A DNA stretch of 64,000 bases from an uncultured virus (IMG/VR IMGVR_UViG_3300030389_002306). Its lineage: Duplodnaviria; Heunggongvirae; Uroviricota; Caudoviricetes. The stretch is from positions 1-64,000 of the IMG/VR virus record IMGVR_UViG_3300030389_002306; one strand, written 5' to 3'. The notes under the pieces were generated by a model that was not told the DNA's origin, searched no databases, and saw nothing but the letters and a program-made list of their open reading frames with translations. Positions 16,917 to 29,914 of this stretch are shown in pieces. Position numbers and translations under genes: made by a program. Every line of letters starts with the position of its first letter. Positions within the stretch are counted from its first letter, which is position 1.

Positions 16917-19900
16917 TGTTCTAATAGTTTTTCAGTTACATCTTGAAATGGTAATATTTTTCTAAGTGTACCTCTTGCTTTCAAGTCACCTGCATCGCCA
17001 TATTTACTATCTCTTTTAAATCTTTCAAAGGTAGACAATTCTCTCATAAATTGCATAGCATTACGCCCTGTACTTATAGAAGCTGGTGGTAATGTATAGT
17101 TTACAAAACGATTAGTATCTGTAAATATCATAGCATCATTACTTAGTTTCTGTATGTTTTTGCTATATAAATCTTCATCATCAGACATAGCGCCAACTAA
17201 CAATAACATTGCAGTCATACCTATACCATTAAGTAAAGATATTATAGCTTTTTGTTTAAACTCAGGCAGCGCTCTAAACTCTTCTTGTAGTTCAGACAGT
17301 TTAACTTCACCAGTAAACATTCTATTTACAAACTCATATCCTGCTCTGTAAGAGCCTATTGACTCTCTACCAAACCTATCTATATCTTCAGGTTTAAATC
17401 TATTGTAAACCAATGTAATAAACCAACGTTTGAATTGTTGTGCAGCTATACCTAATGAATACATACTAAGTAATCTTTGATCTAACTGTGTATAGCCTTC
17501 ACCATGCATAGTAGATATAGTTGCATTTATTTTCATTACAGTTTCTTCATCTATCATATAGTCTTTGTCATTCAAAGCTTTTTGATATTCTTCTTCAGAT
17601 AACTCTCCAAGAAATGCTGCACCCTGTATCCATCTTTCAGATAGTTCCATAGGTAAAAATGCTAATGATTCTATTTTACTAAACTCATCTTTTTGCCCTA
17701 CCACATCACTAAATGACATTTCAACAACTCTATGTCTTTTAAGTATATCCATAGCAGCCCAATCGTTTCTGCCTTTTAAACTTGTCCAAAAACGTTTTTC
17801 ACCTTTTATAAAGTTTTTACCACCTTTAGCTCTAAGTTCTTGATACTTACCTGCAAGTATATTACCTACACCAACAGCAGCACTAAATCCTAAATGTATA
17901 AGTGCTGTCCATCTAACCATAAATCTTGTAGCTTTATCAAATGTAGGACCAAACGTACTAACTTGTGATTGATTACGTAAAAACTTTTGTCGCCATACTT
18001 TAGTTACATACTCTGCTGAATTTACATTACCCATATTTCTATTAACAGCTATAACACCATCAACAAGAGTAGACATATTTTCCATACCTTCAAAAGCTTG
18101 TTCACCATTTACTTTAGGTGTGCCCTTTATAAATGTAATAGATCTAACGTATTGTCTTAAGTTTTCTGCTAAGTTAAAACTTGTAAGCTCTTTAGCTCTT
18201 GTAGTTCTACCAGCATTAAATCTAGAAAATAAACCATTACCCATAAGAGTGTCCATTTCTAAGTCACTAGCAGTAATGGTTTTACCATCAGAACCTACAC
18301 CTTCTTTTAATCTTTGTTCTGCTTGTTTCTTAAGTTTTCTTAACTCATATATTTTTCTGCCTGAGTTCATAGTCAACTCACCACCTTCAGTAAGATATAG
18401 TTCTTTAAACTCACCAAATGTCATATTTGTAGCTTTACCATCAGCACCTGTACCTTTTACCATAACACCATCTATGTTAGTAGTAGATCCTAAATAGTTT
18501 GCATACAATCCAAGCAACCCTCTAGCAGACAAAGCTTCTACATTACCCATTTGAACATGTGGTATATAAAACTCACCCATACCATCTTTACCAAGTAAGT
18601 CGCGATACTTACCAGTAATCTCTAAATACTTATTATAAAAGTTGCGCTCTTGTTGTGATGGATTAGTTGCATTAAATTCTGATTGTGTTTTTAAACTAAT
18701 ACCTGACTGTCTACCTCTTTCATCTTGATTAATATTAAACATATTGCCATATATCTCAAGCTGTCTGTTTCTTCTGTTAAATATACCCTTTAATGATTTA
18801 CTTCTTATCAAAGCTCTATCAACAACATCAATTTCATTAACTATTTTTTTAACTTCCCTTACATACTTTCTGTACTCTTTTTCCATTTCATTAAGCATCA
18901 ACTGTATCTCAGGTCTTTTAGATGTCATATCATTTGCACCAAACCATTTGCGTATTACTGTAATGTCTTCATCTGTTTCTCTAAATTCAAGTTTGGTTTG
19001 TCTAAGTTTATCAGCTTGTTTTTTCATAGCCTTTTTACCAATAGTCAAATGTAGCTTATATAACAATCTAGGCGATGCTAATTCATCTTCTTTGTCTTGT
19101 AATTCTCTAGCTTCTTTAGTTAATCTTTCAATAGAATATTTTTCTAAATCACCTAATTGATTTTCTTTTTGTTCTACATTAGATACAGAGTCTTGATAAC
19201 GAGCATACTTTGATCTTAAATAATTAAGTGTAGGCTTATCAGCATTATCTAATTTTAATGGATCAAAACCTGTAAATCTTAAATACTCTTCAAAGGTTAA
19301 TGTTTGTGTAAGCTCTTGTAAGTGATCTTGGTAAAACTCTCTCTTATCTAATTTAAGTTTAGCTGAGCTTGCAGGCTCTACAGTTTTTTGTGCATTTATT
19401 TTATTAGTAAGCTTTTGTGCTAAATCTGCATTCTTTTGTTTCTTAAATATATTAGAGTGTTTGCGTATAAGTTCATTAGACATATCTACTATCTCTCTAG
19501 CTTCAATGCTTATTTGTTTATCTAGCTCTGTTTCTAATAACTGATCTAATAAACCAAATGTATTCCTTACATAATCTTTAGCAAACAATGGCGTTAATGA
19601 TTTACCTTTAAATCCTAAACCATTTTTTATATAATCATACTGCAGCAACGCATCTTTTATTTCTTGTGGCAATAAAGTAAACTCGTTACGCGCTTGCTGT
19701 ATAGTTTCTTCTACAGAAAATTTATTAATTTCATTAGGACTAATCTGTATATTGTTTTGGAAGTATTCACTTTGTCCTTCTACATTACTAAACAACAAAT
19801 ACTTTTTTACAAAGTTAGATCCAGGCTGTTGACTATACGTTTCTAGCACATTATAAACTTCTTTTAATGTTCTATTGTTGTAGTTTACTGCAGGTACAGC

Positions 19901-22900
19901 TTGCGCTACTTTCATTAAATAATAATCGTCTATAAGCTTTCTATGTTCGTATCTTGTAAAATCAAGAGTAATCTTTTTAGTATCTTGTATATACTCTATA
20001 ATCTGTCTAGCTTCTGGTGTATACATAAACGATGTAGACTTTTGTCTATCTACTTGTTTTTGTAATAAATCAATAGCGTGCTTAACTAATGGATCTGACC
20101 TAAAGTTATCTATTGTATTAGGATTAATAAAGCTATTAGTATTGTCTTCTGTAATAGTATTTATTAACTGTTGCGCATCGTGTCCGTGCTGAGGTATTGC
20201 TTTGTGTACAGATAGTGCTTTACCAATACTAAATATTTCATCAGTTAGTTTTTCTGTTTTATATAGTAAATCAAACAAAGCTTCTTCTGTTTGTCTATTT
20301 TTACCTTTAAGTTTTGATACATCTAAATTAACATCACCAGCTTTACTAAATTTCTTAACTGCGTTTAATGCACCTGCTTCGCCTACTAAATTAAAATACT
20401 CTTTGTAAGCGTTTTTTATTGCTTGGTTAGTATCTGTAGTAGTCATAATAGATTGATCGCCTCTATGCTTATCGTATAGCTTTACAATAGGATGATTCAT
20501 TATAGTTGCAATATCTTTTATGCTTATACCATTTCTAGCTAAGAATGTATATATGTTTACTGTATTAGGAGTTAGTCCTAGCTTATTAGCGTATTGATAT
20601 TTAGCGTTATCTAATACTATATTAAGTAGTTGTGCTACAGTAAATGCATCGCCTTCTGGTTTACCTTCATCAAATCTATCTATTAATGAATCTATTTCTT
20701 GATAGCCTTTAATGTTTATACCAAACTTAAATCCTACTTTGTGTCCAGCCATCACATTTAATACACGTTGTAATGATGCTATTGTACCAATCATATTCTG
20801 TGCAGGCACATTGTCATTAAAAAACTGTGCATCACCTGTTGGTAAAAGCTGATTATCCATTTCTAATTTTTTACCATAGAAACTTTCAACTGATTTGATG
20901 GCATCTTCTGCTACCTCTTTTATATCAATAGGAGTTGTAATCTCTTTATACCTACGACTATCTACTTCTATATCTCCTAGTAGTTTTATGTTTAAGTCTA
21001 ACAACTCATTAGCTGCTACCCNNNNNNNNNNCCTGATAATCTTCTAGTAAATTAGTCTGCACTCTAGCCTCTTGTCCTAGTGGACTAATCTTCGTTGTAC
21101 CTGGTACATTACCAATATGTGCGTAGTTTAAATATATAGCGTCACCATCTAAATCAGCACCCATAACATGTGATACTCTTGATGGTATAGCTATTGTAGA
21201 TCTTGCACCATCTACACCCTCAGCTGCAAAACCTTTAACAACAAACACTACAGACGATTGTTTACCGTGTGCAGGTATACGTGTGCCTAATACTAAATCA
21301 CCTACTTTAATACCATCTTTCTTTGCAGATGCAGGTATTATAGCTTCTGACACCACAAAGTCTTTACCTTGTTCTATTAATGCATTAAGATTATTTTTAT
21401 ACTGTTGTCCTGATACTTCATCAACCAAGTCAGATACTTTAATATATGACTTTAAATCTCTACCTATTGGGGATGTTTGATAAGCTATTGTACCGCCAAA
21501 CATAGCCTTAGTTCCAAACTTAACAAGTCTTGATGATGCTAACTGTTGCAACATCTTGTGCAACTGTGGATGTAGTCCTGGAGCATATTTTGATAATGAT
21601 GTATTCAAATTACCAAAAAACTCTTCACCTATTAGTTTGCTTAAAAATTCTGTATCTTTTTGTCTTTGTTCAGTTGTAGACTTATCACTATATATAACAT
21701 TACCACTTCTTTTTTGTTCAAAACCTACCATAGCTCTAGCTGCTAGCTCATGCATACGAGATACTATAGCTTCTTCTTCAGCTTCTAAATTAGTGTGATG
21801 ATGTCCAAATAACTGTGATGGCATATGGAATGAATGTCTTTCTTTATCAAGTTCTACTTGTAAACCAAATCCTTCACCATTCACACCTGCCCAAGTTCCA
21901 TCTACATATATATCATCTTGTCTTTCTACAACCTCATCTTCTGTAGTATTTTCTAAATCATATGTATATTGTTCACCACCTGCATATAATTTCAAAGCAG
22001 ATTCAAAAGTTGCAATTGGAATAAAATCGTGTAACTGTCCTGTTACTTCTGGTCCAGGTATAAGTCTAGACTCACCTATACGTTCTTTTCTAGCTCTTAA
22101 TATATTAGCTATCTTTTTAAGATACGGACTATTTTGTTCCATTTCAGGAGTTATTTCATCTATCTTAAACTTAGCAAAAGTTCTTTTACCTATAAGCTTA
22201 CTATTGTTAGTCTCAACATAATCATAAACATGTTTGAATTGATTGCCAACCTTACGCATAGATCCAAACTTTTTACGAATTATTTCACCGTCACCAGGCA
22301 ATACATATGCTTGTGCATCCGTTGCATTAAATCCGTCAAAGTCTGTTACATCTTGAAATGCTACAAACTCTATAGGCGTATTACGATCGTGTGGCGTATG
22401 TCTTTTAATAGCTCCTTCTGCTCTTTTGATATAATCTATCTCACTTTCACTTTCTTCATGTTTACCTATAAAAAATTCTTGTGCAAAAAATTTATTAATA
22501 GAATAGTTTAAAAGATAATTGTCTATTTCTCCTTGTTTTAACCTTTGCCCTTTTTCACCTATAAGTGTATTAAGCTTAATTTGATCTGGATCTTTTAGTA
22601 ATTCTTTCTTAAACTTTTTAGCATATTGCTTTAGTCCTACTAAAGCTAAACCATCTTTCTTTTTAACTATCTTAAATGGATTAACTCTTTTACCATCTTT
22701 ATATTTTACATCATTATAACCAGCATCTAATGCCATTTGTAACAACCTTTGTCTTTGTTTAAGAGTTTGTGCAATAGGTGTACTAACATAGTATCTTCTT
22801 TTAGCTGCACCAAATACTGCTATAGGTTGATCGTAGTATACTGTTTCACCTTTATTAAATCTAGATAGCGCATAAACAAAATCATTAAAGTCTGTAAGCA

Positions 22901-25900
22901 TAAGCTCTTGACTATCCATCTTAACATATTTTCTGTTTCTACGCGCGTCTTGTTTTGCATTTTCAGGTGTGCTAAATACACCAGACAACATACTTATATT
23001 ATGTTCTTTACCTGTTCTATCAGCCAACATTAATGCATATATATTACTATATCTACCTACATCTTCATTAATAAATCCTAAACCTTTCATTAATGAAATG
23101 TATGCGTCTATATTTTGTTGTGCTAAAGTTGCATAGTTTTCATTTTTATTATGCAATGAGTTTTCTTTATTAATAGTTAAGGTAGGGTTTTCTGCTACAT
23201 CATTAACTTGTGTAATGTAGTTCTTAGCTCTTGATTGAACTATTAAATCGCCCAATAGTTTATTAAAACCACCTTTTATTTGTAACACACCACCTTGTAC
23301 AAAATCACTTTGTCTTGATTGGAATAGTTGTTTTAATGAAGAATATCTTTTATTATCAAATGTGTATTGATTACCTGTTTCTGTAAGTTTTCTTTTATCA
23401 ATAAATGCCCAATAAGGTGAATCACCATATAAAGATGTAAGCGCTTCTGCTATACCATTACCAGATTCAATAGCAGATATCATATCTCTTACTGTATTTC
23501 TATCTTCTTGTATTGTAGGTCTAAAGTATTTATTAGCCTGTTTAGTTAGTGTAGATTGCCATCTGGCTTCATCTTTACTAAATGATATGCCAGGCACCCA
23601 AGTAGTTTGTTTATTATCACCTCTCATAAACCCTACCTCTTTCATAGTTTCAATCTTTTTATTAGCAAAGTCAATAGACATTTCTAATAATAAAGCATCT
23701 ACAAATGCATCTTTTTTAAGTTTAGATTTAAGAAACGCTACAAATCTAGCTACAGATGCATTATCACTATTAGTAACAGAATTTACAAATGTAAATACAT
23801 CACGCTTTTTACTTTGTTGTCCTAGTGAATGTAGCTCAGATAATAAATCTTTTACATCTACAGGGTTCTTATCATTCTTTTTACTTTCTTCTATTGCATA
23901 TGCTTGTATAAGCTTTGATGTGGTATCACCAAATAATGTTTCTTCTTGATCGTATATATTGCCTTTATCGTTTTCTTCTGCTACCTGCTCACTCTCTTGA
24001 TTGAAACTAAATACTAATGAATCATCAGATCTTTCACCCTGATTAAGTCTAGCGTCTACAGATTGTATAAGCCCATCTACAACTCTTTGATATTCTGCAA
24101 AAGATAATCTTTCTACCTGTGCTCTAATCTTTCTAAGTAGATAGTCATGTTCTACAGATGTTACTTCAAATGGTGGAGTTTGTTTATCTGTATTATATGT
24201 TTTATTGTTTTGTTTATATATTTCTTTTGCTATTTCTTGTACAGCATCTTCACCTCTGACACCTTTAGCTAATACTTTTTGTTCTATAATTCTAAACAAT
24301 CCAACAGTAGATATAGCATCAAAGCTAGCTTGCTTTAACATAGTATTTTTGCTGTAAGAGTTTTGTTTAAACTTATTGTCTTTGTTTAATATATTAAAGT
24401 TTCTTTGAACATAAGTCATAGCTTCATCAAAGTTCATTAATCTAACTTCAGGCAAAACTTTGTCTAAAACAGACTTACCTGCATCTTTATCAGCTAAATT
24501 AAATATACGTTTATACATACGCTTTAATAAACTATCATAGTTATTAGCATCTGTTTTATTATCTATAACATTTCTAATACCTCCACGTTTATTAAACTCT
24601 TCGTTAGAATATGCAAATGCTTCCTCTAATAATCCATATTGTGATTTATCTTGTAATCTTTTTATATCACCTCTTTGTGATAAATATGAAAATAAAGATT
24701 GCGCTGCATTTTTATATGCAATAGTATTGCCTGATTCCGATGATGTTTCTATAGTATCTAACAGTTGAGATAAAGCATCATCTATTGTTGCTCTTTCTTG
24801 TTTTCTTAAATCATTTAATATATCACCACCAGTTACAAATTTTTTACCTCTTTTATATCTTGTAAGTAAAGGATAACTATATTGAATATTTTCTATTAAA
24901 CCCTCAATAGATCCTCCTGGTGTAACTATTCTTCTTTTAATTAATAAAGAATTAAGACGTTTTTGTATTGGAGTTCCTGCTATTGATTGGTAATATGGAT
25001 GTGATAGCTCATGTATCAAATCCGTTTGCATAGCTTTTCTTGGATTTACTATAATTGTACTTGCAAAAAATACAGCAGATGCAGGTGCGCCAAACCCTTC
25101 TATAACTTGTCTATTTGTAAATGTAATATTTTTACCAGGAAATTTTTCTTCTAAAGCTGAACGTAAATATCTTTTAATAAAAAATGCATCTTCATCTACT
25201 CTTTCAAGATATGATCTAGCAGGTTCTTTATCGTTAGTATCTTTTCTTTTTGGAGTTTCTCTACTAAACTCACTACTTTGATCTAAAAGACTTTGATTGT
25301 CTGTATTGTCTTCTGCAGTTGTTTCTTGTTTTACAGATTCTTCTACTACTTGTTTTGTTGGTCTTTTACTTTTTTTTTTAACCTTTTCTGTTCTAGCTTT
25401 TACTTTTTCTGTAGCTTCATCAAGTTTTTCTTTACTCTGATCTGCTAATTTTTTACCTTTTTCTACAACCTTTTTAGCAGTATCTTTTGTTTTATCAATT
25501 AAAGAATCTGCTATATTTACCACAGTTTCTGTAACAGTTTTATCTTGTAATTTTTTTTCTACAAAAGTTGTAAATTGTTCTAAAACTTTACCAGATGCTC
25601 CAACTAAATTAACTTTTTTTATTTTCTGTATTATTTCTTTAGCTTTAGTTTTTACTTCTTCTGCTGATGGAACACGCTCACCAAATATTTCTCTTGCTGC
25701 ACTTATTTCTTTTTCTAATGCTTCAGATGTTTTTGGTGCATTTTGTTTTAAATACTTTTTAGCAAAGTTTTTACCTTGATCAAATTGTTCTTGTAAGAAT
25801 GTACGTAGATTTTGTGCAGGTTGACTTTTAATAGTTTCTTGTGCTTTTTCTTGTGCAAGACCTAATGCATCTCCAGTAGCTTTAACTACACCTTTTTCTC

Positions 25901-27944
25901 TTACAGCCTGTACGCCTTTTTGTACACCTTCTTTAACTGCTTGCGCCCCTTTCTTTACAGTATCTACTACACGTTGTACTACTGGAGCAGGTTGTTCAAT
26001 GCCTTCTGTAGTAAACTCTCTAAACTGTTTAGGCGTTAATCCTATAGATGATCTTTTAACATTACCATCTTTTCTTAGTTTACCTGCTCTTAATGAAGCT
26101 ATATTAGTAATTAACTCTTCATTAGCTTGTATTTGTTCTTCTTGCAATTGAACAGCAGCGTCATGCTCTAAATTAGTTAATTCAATTTGTTCTGCTAATA
26201 TTTCAGGTTTATTTTTAATAGTTTCATTATGAAAATCTATTTGTTCTTGTCTTTGTTTGTTTATAGCCTCAATACTTATTTGAGCTTCTGCTATTTCCAT
26301 ACGAGCTAAAAATATTTGTCTTCTACCTGCCTGACTAAGAGAGTTATCTTTATAAGTAGTTCTATATATATCTTCAGCTTGTTCTATTGCAGCAATAGCT
26401 TCTTCTCCAAAAAGCTCATCCATTTGTCCTTCAGCAACCATTCGTTCTACCCTTGATTTTGCTAAGGCTGCATTACCGTTGCTATCTATAACAGTATAAG
26501 CTATATACTCTAATCTATTTCGTTGTGCTGCATTAAACTTATTTCTATCTAAAAACTCTCCAAGTCTTGTTTCAGCTTCTTGTAATTGATACGATCTTTC
26601 AGCTATAGCATCTACATAACCCCCTCTAGAACCCATAGCTAAACCTAAAGCAAAAGCACTTACTCGTGTTTGTAACATTTCATCACTTTTGAAAAAATCA
26701 CTAAAAGTAACAAAATCTTCACCTTTTTGATCTGCAATAGCTCTACCTTTTATCCACTCTTGATAAACTTCCTGGTATTGTTCAACCACACCTTCAGTAA
26801 CACCTGTAGCACCTGCTTGTACAAAAGGCAATATTTTTTGTCCAAAGCTAGCTTGTTTTGGTATATTTCTTAAACCTGCTGTTAGTCTACCTAGTCCACC
26901 AAACACTAAACCAAATTGAGCTATATCTGCTGCAATCCAATTAGTATTATCTCTCCATACTTGTGATGCTGCAGCTTGAGCTTCTTGTGGTGTTAATCCA
27001 TCAGCTAAAGCTTGCTGTAAGGTTTCTCCTGCTACAAAAGCGCCTTCTGCAAAGTTACCACCAATACCACCACCTATAGCTGATGCAATAATGTTTGGAG
27101 TTTTCTTTAAGTTTTCTACTACAACCTTTTCTCCCTTTAATACTCCTTTTTGTTTAGCTAATTTTCTACCAGCTTTTACAATCTTTGGTTGATATAATCT
27201 ATCTGCAATACCAAATGCTGATGCAGCTCTATATGCTTTAGTTGAGTTAAGCATTATTCTTGTTGCAGTAGCTGCTGCACCTGCAGGTAAAAAGAATGAC
27301 ATAGAATATGGTAAAAGCTTTGCTACATCAGTAGCCCAAAATCTTGGATCTGCTAATTGATTCCAGCCTACAGATTTCATTTCTTCAGGAATAAATGTAG
27401 TATTAGCATTCATTATATCTGAACCTTTTCTTTGTAAGAAATCACCTATAGTGGTTTGTTGATCTACATCTTCATCCCATGGCGTTACAACAGCTTTAAG
27501 ATATTCAAAAGTATCTCCTGTGCCCTGTATAAGTTGCCCTGTACCTGCAGCTAAACTTCTTGATAACATTGATTCAGATCCTGTAGCATCAGCAGCTGCA
27601 GCACCTAAACCTATACCAGTAGCTAGACCTAATGGACCACCTAGTGCACCACCTATAACACCACCAGCTACAGTAAATGCATCTTGTGGTGAAACAATAG
27701 GTGCTAATGCGGCATTAGGATCAATACCTACACCAGTTGACTCTAAACCCAACTGTTGTTTTTGAATTTCACTAGTTTGTCTTTGTGCGAATTGTTGTCC
27801 AGCATATTGATCTAAAGCTTCGTTGCGCTCTGCATCTTGATTAGCAATGCGCTGTAAAAAAGATTCTATACCTCCCCCAGCAGTCATTCCCTGGTCATAC
27901 TCATTAATAGCCTCTTCTGGTGTATTATTATTTAAGTCTGCCAT
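16913..27944 (-). CDS. Giant virion-packaged two-barrel RNA polymerase polyprotein (about 3,700 aa; split by an N gap)
   Basis: RIPAHGKQS and GADLDGD (21141-21155), ESALK, zincin-like HELSH; the frame after the gap at 21022-21031 reads VAANELLDLNIK into the 1363-aa ORF. Confidence 0.8.
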
Positions 27945-29914
27945 TATTTAAAATATTTGCTCCAAAGTTTGAATCTTGTTTCTTTTTGTTTATAAAGATC
28001 TTTATTGTTTACTTTATAATAATCTAATAGTGCTGTTGGATTACCTGATTGATAAGCTTTAAATAAGCTTGGATCGTCTTTTGCAATACTACTAAAATTC
28101 CTTAATATATTATTGACATTTGTAGAAAAGTTAGCATTTTGATTTCTATCTTTTTGCACCAATGTAACTTGCTGTGCCATGTCAAATATATCAGCCATAA
28201 TATAAGGAGTCATTCGATTGTGTATATCATTCATAGCAAAAGTAGCTATTGCTGTTGGCGCATGTTGTGCATAAAGAGTTTGTATTCCTATACCATCATC
28301 TGTTTTGTAAATATTATTAAGATTATTTAATACCCTTTCATCAAGATCAGCTCTTTTTCTATTTGTAATTTTTTCAGCTTCTATATTAGCTCTTGCATTT
28401 TTGCTAAATGATAATTTTTCATCATAGTTTTCATCTCTTAATGCAGATATAAAATAATCTTTACCTAGATTTAATTCGTGATAATATATATCATCTGCTA
28501 AAATATCAGGATCATTTAACTGCATTATATATGCAGGCATAAATTTAACAGTTTCTTCTGCAGCTACACCTTCTAAAACTTTATTTATATATGTAGCTCT
28601 ATCTGTTGGATCTAAATCTTTAACACCCTTTGTAAGTATTTTGCTTTTTAATTCTCCTGTAGCTTTATCTGTATATACAGCTTTCATGCCTAAGAATATA
28701 CCATTTATTTCTAAATCATTAGCCATAAATGTTTCCATTAATCCTACATCACCTTTCATTGATGCACCTTTATAATTATAAGACTCTTCTAAGAATGCTT
28801 CATCAAAATTAATTTTTAATTTACCACCTCTTGAGCTATACAGTTTATCGCCTAAATAAGCTTCTAAAACTCTATATTTAGTTTTGTCATCTGTAGCAAA
28901 CAATTCATAAGCAACATCTGCTATAACACTTTCTTTAGATTCTAAATTTGTTAATGCATCAGACGCATCAAAATTAGATTGGAAATATGCATCCAAACCT
29001 TTTTTGCTTTTTATATAAGAATTTACACCACCATAGTCTTGTAAATCAGCTGCACGCACCCCACTACCCATAGTAAGCTGTTGAGCTTCAAGCAATTCAT
29101 CAGGTAATGTTGTTTCTATATTTTTTGTTCCAAACTTAATAGGTAAAGGATCACTTATATCTATTCCTAATCTTTGTTTTAAATATCCTGAAGTTACTAT
29201 TTCTTCTGGGTTATGTAATGCTCTATCATGAAGCAATCTTTCATTAGCTTTATCTAATCCCATAGTAGAAGCTACATAATAAGCATAGTCTGCTGCTAAA
29301 GTTTCTTTATTGGCTAATACATAATCTATTTCTTCAATGCGTTTATTAAGAGGCTCTTCATCTATAAATGATAGATCTATAGGTGCATCTAAATGTCCTC
29401 TATATTGTATAACATCTGTTTCGCCTCTATGCCAAGCATCTATAGATTTTAAATCACTTAGTGGAAATAAATTAGCAGTTTCAGGATTGCTTATTGCTTC
29501 AAAATACTTTGCGTAATTTGCTGTATTTTGTTTCATTTGCACAACCTTTTCATTATTATTTAGTTTAAAAGCATAAGCTTTTAAGTCTGCATCAATACCT
29601 AATCTTTTAGCTTTTTGATAACCACCTGCTCTTCTAATTTTTTCATTAATAGGCTCTAATAGACTTTGTGATAATTGTTCAAATTCTAATACATCTTTAG
29701 GTCTAGCATGATCACCTGTAATAGAATCATAAGCAGCTTGATACGCTGTATTAATAATGTTTTGTGAATTTTCTGCATCACGCTGCTCTAATAATTGTTG
29801 TCGTTCTTGTGATTTTAATATACTATCTAAATATCTTAACTGCTGTTGTTTGTTAGATTTTATATTACTAGATCCTAGAAATCCACTTAATGCGTTATAT
29901 CCAAATGCGTCCAT
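27944..29914 (-). CDS. Putative ejected/internal virion protein
   Basis: 656 aa, helical, directly upstream of the virion RNAP. Confidence 0.55.
   Translation of the reverse strand: MDAFGYNALSGFLGSSNIKSNKQQQLRYLDSILKSQERQQLLEQRDAENSQNIINTAYQAAYDSITGDHARPKDVLEFEQLSQSLLEPINEKIRRAGGYQKAKRLGIDADLKAYAFKLNNNEKVVQMKQNTANYAKYFEAISNPETANLFPLSDLKSIDAWHRGETDVIQYRGHLDAPIDLSFIDEEPLNKRIEEIDYVLANKETLAADYAYYVASTMGLDKANERLLHDRALHNPEEIVTSGYLKQRLGIDISDPLPIKFGTKNIETTLPDELLEAQQLTMGSGVRAADLQDYGGVNSYIKSKKGLDAYFQSNFDASDALTNLESKESVIADVAYELFATDDKTKYRVLEAYLGDKLYSSRGGKLKINFDEAFLEESYNYKGASMKGDVGLMETFMANDLEINGIFLGMKAVYTDKATGELKSKILTKGVKDLDPTDRATYINKVLEGVAAEETVKFMPAYIMQLNDPDILADDIYYHELNLGKDYFISALRDENYDEKLSFSKNARANIEAEKITNRKRADLDERVLNNLNNIYKTDDGIGIQTLYAQHAPTAIATFAMNDIHNRMTPYIMADIFDMAQQVTLVQKDRNQNANFSTNVNNILRNFSSIAKDDPSLFKAYQSGNPTALLDYYKVNNKDLYKQKETRFKLWSKYFK

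Noticed and set aside
21004..21031. Apparent split or frameshift between the 2311-aa and 1363-aa ORFs
   Set aside because: The break coincides with a 10-N scaffold gap of arbitrary length, so it is an assembly artefact rather than evidence of programmed frameshifting
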